Positions 36,820 to 45,204 of a stretch of 64,000 nt of DNA are shown here, piece by piece. The stretch is taken from the NCBI GenBank assembly GCA_045132055.1, contig JBGURP010000033.1, forward strand, positions 128,806 through 192,805. Direction: 5' to 3'. The notes under the pieces were generated by a model that was not told where the DNA came from, did no database searches, and saw only the letters and a program-made list of their open reading frames with translations. Origin of the DNA: Bacteroidales bacterium (lineage in GTDB: Bacteria > Bacteroidota > Bacteroidia > Bacteroidales > WCHB1-69). Within the stretch, counting starts at the first letter, position 1, and each line of letters begins with the position of its first letter. A program made the position numbers and the translations under genes.

Positions 36820-38853
36820 AAATTTGTCAATTCCTTCTCGCAAAAATTTGATGTAGTTGTCCTTGTCGCGCTCGTAGTAGGTGGGGCCGGACAGGATGTT
36901 GCCGTCGGTATCTACGATGAAGTAGCAGGGTTGGGAGTTTTCGTGATAGCGAGTTTGCTCAATATATCGATTCTTCGCGCCTAGCATGGTGATGGGGTCG
37001 CCGTCGGCGTCTTTGAGCTTGCCTTTCTCGTCATCCGGCAGCGGGATAACCTTGTCATCGGCGTACATGGTGCACACGATGACCTCCTCGGCGAAGATGC
37101 GGCGCACCTCCGGGTCGATCCAGACGGCGTTTTCCACATTGCGGCAGTTGGTACAGCCGTGGCCGGTGAAGTCCAGGAACACGGGCTTGCCCTCTTTCTT
37201 GGCCACGCGCAGCGCCTGGTCATAGTCGAAGTAGCCCTTGATGCCGAAGGGAATCTCCAGCTTGTCGGCGTACATCGGCTCTTCGGCCCACTGGTAGGTA
37301 GCTGCATTGCCTCCGCCGTTGCCGCTCTCGTTGCGCACGATGGCCGAGACGTCGAAGTCCTGGGTGGTCATGGGCGGCAGCCACCCGGAGATGGCCTTCA
37401 GCGGTGCACCGAACATGCCCGGAATCATATAAACCACAAAGGTGAAGACGAATACGGCGAGGGTAAAGCGGAACCAGCTCTTCTGCACCGGATATTCATC
37501 GTCGAGCGGGAAGCGGATTTTGCCCAATAGGTACAGACCCAGCAGGGAGAACAGCACGATCCAGAAGGCGAGATACACCTCGCGGTCGAGGATGCCCCAG
37601 TGGTACGTTTGGTCGGGTACGTTGATGAATTTCAGCGCGAAGGCCAACTCCACGAAAGCCAGGATTACCTTCAGCGTGTTCATCCAGCCGCCTGATTTCG
37701 GAAGTTTCTTCAAGAGTCCGGGGAACAGTGCGAACAGGGTGAACGGCACGGCGATGCCCAACGAGAATCCCAACATGCCGATGATGGGTTTCAGGAACGA
37801 GCCGCCGGCGGCGTTCAGGGCCACTGCGCCCGCGATGGGCAGCGTGCACGAGAAGGAAACCAATACCAAGGTCAAAGCCATGAAGAAGATGCCGGCGATG
37901 CCGCCTTGGCGCTGGCGCTTGGCAGAGCCGTTGACCCACGAGCTGGGCAGTGTTATTTCAAAATAGCCCAACAAGGAGAAGGCGAATATCAGGAAAATCA
38001 CCGCAAACAGCAGGTTCGGAATCCAGTGCGTGCTCATGATGTTGCCTAGGTCGGCACCGAAAATGGCCGACAGGACGAGTCCGAAAACGAGGAATATCAA
38101 GACGATGAAGAAACCATAGAGCAGGGCGTCGCGTTTGCCCTTGTGCCCCTCCTTGGAGAAGAAGGAGACCGTCATCGGGATCATCGGGAACACGCAGGGC
38201 ATCAGCAGGCCCACTAGTCCGCCCAGCACGGCACCGAGGAAGTATTTCCACAGAGACTCCTCTTTCTCGGCATTGTTCTCTGCCGGTGTGTCTTTCGCCG
38301 GAGTAATCTGTGCCGTGGTGGCACTATTCCCCGTTATGGTATCACCATTTTGTTCATCGTCATTGTCAAGGCCATTGTCATTACTCATTACCACCTTGTC
38401 AAACCCCTTGATGTCGAACGCAAACTTGCTGTCTGCTTGCGTGCATCGCCCCTCTATGCAGGCTTGTCCTTCGACTTTTCCTTTGATGGTGAAGGGCTGA
38501 TTGTCAAGAATTTGTACGCGTTGCTTGAAAGTCACACTGTTGGTAAAATACTTGGACAATCCGAAAATTTCATCATTCTCCTCCGTCGGCTTGGGCTCGC
38601 TGACCTTGCCGATACGTTTGTAGTGCTCGTTCTTGTCGAAAGAGAAGACTAACGGCAACTCTACGCCGTTGTTGTGCGACTGGGCATACAGGTGCCAGTC
38701 TTTCTTGATGTCCGCCTTGAACTGCAGTTCCGCCACGGAATCGTTGATTTTGACGCTCTTGAAGGTCCATTTCACTGGCGATTCCTGTGCGGTGAGGCAG
38801 GTGCATACGATTAACAGAAAAAACGAAAGAATGAGGTTTCGGGTGCTTTTCAT
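36793..38853 (-). CDS. dsbD: thiol:disulfide interchange protein DsbD-like
   Basis: Signal peptide from MKSTRNLILSFF (ATG 38853). TM core with LLMPCVFPMIP and SFSCTLP. C-terminal thioredoxin fold FTGHGCTNC. Confidence 0.85.
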   Translation of the reverse strand: MKSTRNLILSFFLLIVCTCLTAQESPVKWTFKSVKINDSVAELQFKADIKKDWHLYAQSHNNGVELPLVFSFDKNEHYKRIGKVSEPKPTEENDEIFGLSKYFTNSVTFKQRVQILDNQPFTIKGKVEGQACIEGRCTQADSKFAFDIKGFDKVVMSNDNGLDNDDEQNGDTITGNSATTAQITPAKDTPAENNAEKEESLWKYFLGAVLGGLVGLLMPCVFPMIPMTVSFFSKEGHKGKRDALLYGFFIVLIFLVFGLVLSAIFGADLGNIMSTHWIPNLLFAVIFLIFAFSLLGYFEITLPSSWVNGSAKRQRQGGIAGIFFMALTLVLVSFSCTLPIAGAVALNAAGGSFLKPIIGMLGFSLGIAVPFTLFALFPGLLKKLPKSGGWMNTLKVILAFVELAFALKFINVPDQTYHWGILDREVYLAFWIVLFSLLGLYLLGKIRFPLDDEYPVQKSWFRFTLAVFVFTFVVYMIPGMFGAPLKAISGWLPPMTTQDFDVSAIVRNESGNGGGNAATYQWAEEPMYADKLEIPFGIKGYFDYDQALRVAKKEGKPVFLDFTGHGCTNCRNVENAVWIDPEVRRIFAEEVIVCTMYADDKVIPLPDDEKGKLKDADGDPITMLGAKNRYIEQTRYHENSQPCYFIVDTDGNILSGPTYYERDKDNYIKFLREGIDKFNSELRIEN

Positions 38854-38896
38854 TTTGATTATGATTAGTGATGAAAAATGCTTACAAATTAAAGTG

Positions 38897-38904
38897 CAAA
38901 AATA
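38897..38904 (-). promoter_or_regulatory. candidate -7 box (tatttttg) for dsbD-lnt-C10
   Basis: 44 nt upstream of ATG 38853. It lies inside the longer ORF-track version, which supports the shorter start. Confidence 0.45.
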
Positions 38905-38987
38905 TAAAAAAATAGGGGATGATGACGAGTTGAGAAAATAATTCAAAACATCAAGCCCTGCTTCGTGTTGCAAATGTTTTTTTTAAG

Positions 38988-38995
38988 TATTTTTG
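38988..38995 (+). promoter_or_regulatory. candidate -7 box (tatttttg) for the hemerythrin-LuxR operon
   Basis: ~177 nt upstream of ATG 39172. The leader contains a hairpin (39090-39110) and a 9-mer array. Confidence 0.4.
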
Positions 38996-39114
38996 CACCT
39001 GCAAAACTTTAAATTGTTTACGAACTATTCCTCATTTAACACCTTTAACTCTTTAACCCTCTTCATATTACTACCCTGGCCTACGGCCACCCCTTCTAAA
39101 ATAGAAGGGGAATT

Positions 39115-39168
39115 ATTCACCTCATTCACCTCATTCACCTCATTAACCCCTTTAACCCCCTTCACCCT
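39115..39168 (+). repeat. six tandem 9-mers (ATTCACCTC x3, ATTAACCCC, TTTAACCCC, CTTCACCCT) abutting the start codon
   Basis: Read directly. The array ends 3 nt before ATG 39172. Confidence 0.8.
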
Positions 39169-39171
39169 TTT

Positions 39172-39885
39172 ATGCAATCATCCCCCTCTTTCTCTTTCGT
39201 GACCGCCAACGCCAAGATGGCCGATGTGCTGTCGCACCATAACCACCTCATCAACCTGTTGCCGCGACTCGGTGTCCCGTTGGGATTCGGCGAGAAGACC
39301 GTGGGGCAGGTGTGTGAGGAGAACCATGTGTCGCTCCCGCTGCTGTTGCTCGTGTTCAATGTCTATGTGCGCCCCGACTTCGTGCCCGATGTAGATGACC
39401 TCAGACAATGTCCTATCGAGGAGATTGTCGATTACCTGAAGGCTTCGCATAAAGACTATCTGGAGTATTCGTTTCCTCACATTGAAAACCACTTGCGTGG
39501 CGTAGTGCAGGACTGGAATGTGAAATACAGGACCTCCATCACCATGTTCTTTGAGGAATACAAGAAAGAAGTGGAAAATCATTTCAAATATGAGGAGAAA
39601 CATGTGTTCCCCTTCGTGCAGAACTTGCTCAAGCACACGGCTACCGCAAAAGAGGCATCCAAAGTATGGCAGTTCGAGAAGCAGCACAACAACATCGAAG
39701 ACAAGCTGCGCGATTTCACCAGTCTGCTGGTCAAGTATGTACCCGAGGATGTGTCGCAGCGCGAGCGCATCAACATGCTGAATAATATTTTTTCCCTTTC
39801 GGATGACATTGAAAAACATGCCATTATCGAGGAGAAGATACTGTTACCGTACATTAAAATCTTGATGGATGATGAAAAACTATAG
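39172..39885 (+). CDS. hemerythrin-domain (RIC/ScdA-like) protein
   Basis: N-terminus MADVLSHHNHLINLLPRLGVPLGFGEKTVGQVC, then H/E-rich helices (HFKYEEKHVFPF, EKHAIIEEKILLPY). An alternative start at ATG 39217 is possible. Confidence 0.7.
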   Translation: MQSSPSFSFVTANAKMADVLSHHNHLINLLPRLGVPLGFGEKTVGQVCEENHVSLPLLLLVFNVYVRPDFVPDVDDLRQCPIEEIVDYLKASHKDYLEYSFPHIENHLRGVVQDWNVKYRTSITMFFEEYKKEVENHFKYEEKHVFPFVQNLLKHTATAKEASKVWQFEKQHNNIEDKLRDFTSLLVKYVPEDVSQRERINMLNNIFSLSDDIEKHAIIEEKILLPYIKILMDDEKL

Positions 39886-40468
39886 AATTGCAATAGCCGA
39901 TCCATCACCCATCATACTCACGGGCATGTCTGTCATCATGAAGGAGTTGGCGGACTATGATGTGGTGCTGAAAACCAATGATGTTCAGACCCTCGCGGCG
40001 CGCCTGCATGTGGTCAATCCCGACCTGCTGATTATCAATCCGGTGATGATGGATTACTCCAAGCGGATGATGGTGCGCCATCTGTTCGAGGACCTGCCCA
40101 ACATGAAGATTGTGGCCCTCGCTTCGGCGTTTTTCGATGCCCAGCAGCTGAAGCAGTACCACGGCGTGATTGAAATCACTGACGATGCCCACCGCATCAA
40201 ATCCACCCTGAACATGGTGCTGGAGGCCCGCGACTCGAAAGAAGACGACGCGGACTCCGCCCAGCTCTCCGACCGCGAGAAAGAGGTACTGGTGTGCATG
40301 GCCAAGGGCAAGAAAAACAGCGAGATAGCCGACGAACTCAGCATTTCGGTGCACACGGTCATCACGCACCGCAAGAACATCGTAAAGAAAACGGGTATCA
40401 AGTCCGTTGCCGCCCTCACGGTGTATGCGATTTTGAACAATCTGATTGATGAGAAGGATATAATCTAG
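39869..40468 (+). CDS. LuxR/GerE-type regulator with a degenerate (pseudo-)receiver domain
   Basis: The C-terminus LSDREKEVLVCMAKGKKNSEIADELSISVHTVITHRKNI is a GerE HTH. In the N-terminal receiver-like fold, IADPSP replaces DD and LLIINPVM replaces the phospho-acceptor D. Confidence 0.8.
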   Translation: MMKNYRIAIADPSPIILTGMSVIMKELADYDVVLKTNDVQTLAARLHVVNPDLLIINPVMMDYSKRMMVRHLFEDLPNMKIVALASAFFDAQQLKQYHGVIEITDDAHRIKSTLNMVLEARDSKEDDADSAQLSDREKEVLVCMAKGKKNSEIADELSISVHTVITHRKNIVKKTGIKSVAALTVYAILNNLIDEKDII

Positions 40469-40514
40469 TTTTCTGGCTATTTATTCACAAGTACAAACAA
40501 TAAAATTCACAAAT

Positions 40515-40826
40515 ATGAAAATCTTCACAGTAGAGAATTTGCCCGGCATAGACTATGAAGTGTTGGGCGCCGTAACAGGCAGCACGATCCAATCCAAGAA
40601 TGTGTTCAGCGATTTGGGTCAGTCTTTGAAAAACATTGTGGGTGGCGAACTTAGGTCATACACTCAAATGATGGACAAGGCGCGCAAAATGGCCACAGAC
40701 CGCATGATTGCCCAAGCGGAGGAAATGCACGCGGACGCCATTGTCGGAGTCCGTTATGCCACATCTGCCATTGTGGCCCAAGCGGCCGAAGTGCTGGTTT
40801 ATGGCACTGCGATTCGTTTCAAATAA
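40515..40826 (+). CDS. YbjQ-family (UPF0145) protein
   Basis: 103 aa, ...VTGSTIQSKNVFSDLGQSLKNIVGGELRSYT...ADAIVGVRY. Confidence 0.85.
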   Translation: MKIFTVENLPGIDYEVLGAVTGSTIQSKNVFSDLGQSLKNIVGGELRSYTQMMDKARKMATDRMIAQAEEMHADAIVGVRYATSAIVAQAAEVLVYGTAIRFK

Positions 40827-41228
40827 TTAAGCCGACATTTGCTTTGGGTATAGTATAGCACATAGGTCTATGATATCGTTGGCGACTTCGAAACCGGCGT
40901 CACAGACTTTTTTCACTTTGCTGCCATCATATCCCATGACAAGGTGCATGGTTTCATAACCTGCATTCACGAATTTCAGCAACGTGCGGTCACGCTTGCC
41001 AGCTGCCTCCTTGTATTTCTCGATTGACGGGCGACCTTTGCCTTTGCGTATTTGCAGCACTGCATCAAGGGCGATCAGGCAGCCCTTCCACAAGGTGTCC
41101 CCCGCAATGCGGATGTACTTTTTGTCTTTGTAAAGTTTTGTTTCAGGGTCATACGTGGACTTCTTAATGATTTCTTCCGCGTTGGCCACATATCGGCGTG
41201 CTTCTTCAATAGGGTTAATCTTTTCCAT
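40827..41228 (-). CDS. hypothetical protein (DUF5618-like, tentative)
   Basis: 133 aa, MEKINPIEEARRYVANAEEIIKK... Family call is from memory. Its stop directly abuts the ybjQ-like stop, with a 0-nt spacer. Confidence 0.55.
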   Translation of the reverse strand: MEKINPIEEARRYVANAEEIIKKSTYDPETKLYKDKKYIRIAGDTLWKGCLIALDAVLQIRKGKGRPSIEKYKEAAGKRDRTLLKFVNAGYETMHLVMGYDGSKVKKVCDAGFEVANDIIDLCAILYPKQMSA

Positions 41229-41253
41229 TATTTTTGCTTTTTAGTTGATGTCG

Positions 41254-41261
41254 CAAAGATA
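41254..41261 (-). promoter_or_regulatory. candidate -7 box (tatctttg) for 40827-41228
   Basis: 26 nt upstream of the start at 41228. Confidence 0.45.
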
Positions 41262-41464
41262 CAATATTATTCCTATAGTCGTTGCTATTTTCAATTTTTA
41301 TTTTGTATTGATAATCAATTGGTTGAAAATTTTCAATGTGGAAATTTGATAATTAATTGTTAAATGTAAATGTGTGATTTTGAAAATTTCATAAGATAAT
41401 CAAACGTTTCTTAATAAACAAGCCGTGGGTGAATCACGCATTTCTTGCCAAATTGAAATTTTCT

Positions 41465-41472
41465 TACCTTTG
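41465..41472 (+). promoter_or_regulatory. candidate -7 box (tacctttg) for the DUF3857 operon
   Basis: 25 nt upstream of ATG 41497, and inside the longer ORF-track version (41425). Confidence 0.5.
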
Positions 41473-41496
41473 CAACTCCAATACAATATCTTAAAC

Positions 41497-43446
41497 ATGC
41501 ACCAAAAACCTCTTATACTATCTTTTTTCGCCTTACTCCTGCTTTTCGGCGCGGCGAGTGCCCAGACTTCACAAGAGAGGCTCGCTGCCGTGAAGGACGC
41601 GCAGTTCAAAGACTACGACATCGTGACCGTTTTCGACAGTACTGATGTGCTGATGGAGGAGAGCGGCCTCAGCCATGTGTATGGCCACAAGCTCTATAAG
41701 ATTCTCACGCTGGCCGGCGGGCGCGATTTCAACACCGTGAAGATGGACTACGACCCGCTGTCTGCTTACGTCGAAATCCGCTCGGTGGTCGTGTACCGCA
41801 AAAATGGCGATGTGGACACGCTCGACGCTCCGGTGCTCGACTATCCCGCACCGGCTTACATGATCTACTGGGGGGCGCGCCAGAAGATGATGGCCCTCGG
41901 TCGCCTTGAACCCGGCGATGCTGTGGAGGTGACTACTTACAAAAAAGGCTTCACCTACGCACTGCTCCAGGGTGAGGACCCCGATGCGAAATACATCCCC
42001 CCGATGCGTGGCCATTTCTACGACATCGTACCCTTCTGGAGCGACCAGCCCGTGATGGAGAAGGTGTACCGCGTGAGCGTGCTTACCGCCAAGAACCTGC
42101 GCTACGCTGTTTATCACGGCACCCTGAAAGTGGATACCCGTGAGGATGCCAATCGCACTATCTATACATTCACTCAGAAAAACTATTTCCCCATCAGCGT
42201 ACCTGCCAACACACTGGCAAACAACGATATCCAAACCAAACTGTTGCTCTCCACCGCCCAAAACTGGGAGGCGAAGTCCACTTGGTTCTATGGCGTGAAC
42301 GAGGACTATGGCAGCTTCGTGCCCACCGATGAGGTGAAACAGAAAGTGAATGAATTGCTGAAAAAAGCCAAAACCGAAAACGACAGCATCTCCATCCTGA
42401 CGCACTGGGTCGCCGACAACATGCGTTACTCTGGTATCTCAATGGGTGAGGGCGAGGGCTTCACGCTGCACAAGTGCGAGATGAACTTCACCGACCGCTG
42501 CGGCGTGTGCAAGGACAAGGCCGGCATGTTGATTGCCATGTTGCGCGCCGCCGGCTTCAAGGCATACGCAGCCATGACCATGGCGGGCGAGCGCATCGAC
42601 GACATTCCTGCCGACCAGTTCAACCACTGCGTCACGGTGGTGCAGCGGCGCAATGGCAACTACCAGCTGCTGGATCCCACCTGGGTGCCCGGCGTGCGCG
42701 AGCTCTGGTCCAGCGCAGAACAGCAGCAGAACTACCTCATGGGCCTGCCGCAGGGCGCGAAACTTGGCCTTACCCCCGTGTCCAAGGCCGAGAACCACTA
42801 CATCCGCATGGATGCCAAAACCAAAGTGAATAAGAAGGGCACGCTTACTGGCACAGTGACCATTACCGCCGAAGGACAGTCCGACCGCTCTGTGCGCGGC
42901 GTCTTCCACGGCAACCGCTTGGAGTGGCAAGACAATCTCGAATACCAGCTCTACAGTCTCTATCCTAACGCCCAATTGAAATCGGTGAAGCACACCGATG
43001 AGGATACCTATCTGGAACATCCGGTAAAAATCACATACAAGTTTGCTATCCCTAACTATGCTACGGTGAGCGACAAAGAACTGGTCGTCACGCCGTTCCT
43101 GGCCAAGGGCTTTTACAAGTTCACGATGCCGCACCTGCGCTATGATGTGTCGCAGGAGAAACGAGAGTATCCATTCAAGGACAGATGTTCACGGCTGGTG
43201 CAGATTTCGGAGACCATGACCGTGCCCACGGGCTACACCTCTGCCCAAGTGCCCAACGACCGGAACTTGCAGGGCGAAGTGGTGTCTTTCCAAGGCAACT
43301 ACAAACTTGAAAACTCCAAAATTGAATTCAAGGAAAACATTCGCCTCGGCAAGCGCGTGTATGAGGCCGCCGATTGGCCCGCCTTCCGCCAAGCTGTCCA
43401 AAACCAACAATTCTACATGGACACACCTGTGATACTCACGCGATAA
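41497..43446 (+). CDS. exported DUF3857 / transglutaminase-core / DUF3858 protein
   Basis: Signal peptide MHQKPLILSFFALLLLFGAASA. Transglutaminase-like Cys region RCGVCKDKAGMLIAMLRAAGFKAY. Confidence 0.8.
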   Translation: MHQKPLILSFFALLLLFGAASAQTSQERLAAVKDAQFKDYDIVTVFDSTDVLMEESGLSHVYGHKLYKILTLAGGRDFNTVKMDYDPLSAYVEIRSVVVYRKNGDVDTLDAPVLDYPAPAYMIYWGARQKMMALGRLEPGDAVEVTTYKKGFTYALLQGEDPDAKYIPPMRGHFYDIVPFWSDQPVMEKVYRVSVLTAKNLRYAVYHGTLKVDTREDANRTIYTFTQKNYFPISVPANTLANNDIQTKLLLSTAQNWEAKSTWFYGVNEDYGSFVPTDEVKQKVNELLKKAKTENDSISILTHWVADNMRYSGISMGEGEGFTLHKCEMNFTDRCGVCKDKAGMLIAMLRAAGFKAYAAMTMAGERIDDIPADQFNHCVTVVQRRNGNYQLLDPTWVPGVRELWSSAEQQQNYLMGLPQGAKLGLTPVSKAENHYIRMDAKTKVNKKGTLTGTVTITAEGQSDRSVRGVFHGNRLEWQDNLEYQLYSLYPNAQLKSVKHTDEDTYLEHPVKITYKFAIPNYATVSDKELVVTPFLAKGFYKFTMPHLRYDVSQEKREYPFKDRCSRLVQISETMTVPTGYTSAQVPNDRNLQGEVVSFQGNYKLENSKIEFKENIRLGKRVYEAADWPAFRQAVQNQQFYMDTPVILTR

Positions 43447-43460
43447 ACGATTGTTGAAAA

Positions 43461-43488
43461 GTTAATAGTTAATAGATAATAGATAATA
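43461..43488 (+). repeat. four tandem heptamers (GTTAATA GTTAATA GATAATA GATAATA) 15 nt after a stop codon
   Basis: Read directly. Confidence 0.8.
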
Positions 43489-43542
43489 GTTTTCCTTAAG
43501 CCGTCCCGTTAGGTACAAGAGCTTGGTAGAAATAATAGATAT

Positions 43543-45204
43543 ATGAAAAAAATAATAATATTCACCTCAATCCTTATAATTGGCATGGCAGCCCTCGCCG
43601 GTCCCAAGTACGATGCCACTTATCATCTGATTTCCAAATCCTATACGCTGAACGCGGACGGGAGTATGGATTATCATTTCCGGAAAGAGTTGCAGCTCTT
43701 CTCGAAGTCGGCTTTTGATACATACGGCGAAACTTTTATCTGGTACAATCCGGAATATCAGACGCTTACCATCAATGAGGCCTATACTATCCGCAAAGAT
43801 GGCTGCAAGGTGCAGACACCTGCCAATGCGTTCAATCCCAGTCTGCCTTACGCCTGTGAAAACTGCCAGCGATTCAACGGAATCCGCGAAATGGTGGTGA
43901 CGCACACGGCGCTGGAATATGAGGCCACGATTGTGCTTGACTATACCATTCATACCGAGCAGCCGTTTATGAAAGAGTTGATGGAGCGGGTGAATTTATA
44001 TGAGAATGAACAGATTGAACAATATAAAGTGACAGTTGCTATCCCGGAGGGAAGGCATCTTTATACCATTTTGAATGCCAGAGGCGGACAGAAAGAGGAA
44101 TCCGAGATTGATGGAGGATCAGGAAAATCGTGGGTGTTCTACAATCTTATCCCCAATACATCCGAATCCTATCTTCCGGAGAATTATCTTCCGTATTTTC
44201 AATTCACTACCCTTGGCAGTCCCAGCGATTTTTTGATGCGCATGTCTATGCAGAACGCCCTGGTGAGTCGCGAGAGACCGTTCGCTCCGGCGGTCAGCGA
44301 GTTGGTGGATGCATCCAAACCGGCCATGGAGCAAGTGCTGGCCATCCGCGACTACGTGCGCACCAACATCCGCGAGAACAAGGTGCCGCTGCGCTACATG
44401 AACTATCTGGTGGCCTCGCCGGCCACGGTATGGAACACCAATTGTGGCAATAGCTTCGAGAAAAATCTGCTGTTGCAGGCCATGTTGCAGGAGGCTGGCT
44501 TCCGGGCAGTTATTGGCGTGTGTTACAATAGTCTGCTTACCGATCCTGAGAGTGCCGTCAGAGTGATGGTGAATGGCAAGCCCTGCTATGTGTCGGCGGT
44601 GGATGCCGGAAAGGTGGCCTTCGATGCCCGCAAGCCAGGCGACAAGTTCATTGCTTTTACTGACGAGGTGGCTGATTGGAGCGTGCAGCCCATCAAGATC
44701 GTGATGGAAGCCGATTTCGCGGTTTCTGCCGATGGCGGTGGGTACAAGACCGATTGCACGGTGCGTTCTTCGGAGGTCAACTCGCCGCGCGCACGCACGT
44801 ACCTGACTTCTGGCACGGCTGTGAATGCGAAGGCGGAGAAACTCAGCAACGGCTATGGCCATGTGCGCATCTCGGACGGCCCCTATGGCTGCAGCCTGCG
44901 CGCGGCCTCCATCTCTCCCAACCGCACCCATCCCGTGGCCGTGACGCCCACCGACGAGAGTTACTCCTATACGGTGACGCTGCCCGCCGGAGCACACTGG
45001 GTGACGAAGGACTTCGCTTTTGAGAAATCGTATGATTTTGGATACGTGATCATTGAACATAAACAAGTGGGTGGCAAGATGTTGATCACGCGCCACCTGA
45101 AAATCAATCGCCCCGCCATCAACGACAAGAAGCAGATCAAGCAACTCAGAGAGATGCTGGCGGAGTGGAATGTGGACAGAAACTTTATTTTTTCGGATAA
45201 ATAA
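43543..45204 (+). CDS. exported DUF3857/DUF3858-like protein with a degenerate transglutaminase core
   Basis: Signal peptide MKKIIIFTSILIIGMAALA. WNTNCGNSFEKNLLLQAMLQEAGFRAV resembles the core of the upstream paralogue. Confidence 0.7.
   Translation: MKKIIIFTSILIIGMAALAGPKYDATYHLISKSYTLNADGSMDYHFRKELQLFSKSAFDTYGETFIWYNPEYQTLTINEAYTIRKDGCKVQTPANAFNPSLPYACENCQRFNGIREMVVTHTALEYEATIVLDYTIHTEQPFMKELMERVNLYENEQIEQYKVTVAIPEGRHLYTILNARGGQKEESEIDGGSGKSWVFYNLIPNTSESYLPENYLPYFQFTTLGSPSDFLMRMSMQNALVSRERPFAPAVSELVDASKPAMEQVLAIRDYVRTNIRENKVPLRYMNYLVASPATVWNTNCGNSFEKNLLLQAMLQEAGFRAVIGVCYNSLLTDPESAVRVMVNGKPCYVSAVDAGKVAFDARKPGDKFIAFTDEVADWSVQPIKIVMEADFAVSADGGGYKTDCTVRSSEVNSPRARTYLTSGTAVNAKAEKLSNGYGHVRISDGPYGCSLRAASISPNRTHPVAVTPTDESYSYTVTLPAGAHWVTKDFAFEKSYDFGYVIIEHKQVGGKMLITRHLKINRPAINDKKQIKQLREMLAEWNVDRNFIFSDK

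Noticed and set aside
38993-39202. 69-aa plus-strand ORF upstream of the hemerythrin gene
   Set aside because: It is translated from the TTAAC-rich and 9-mer repeat leader (FTSFTSFTSLTPLTPFT). It starts only a few nt after the predicted -7 box and runs into the real gene in another frame.
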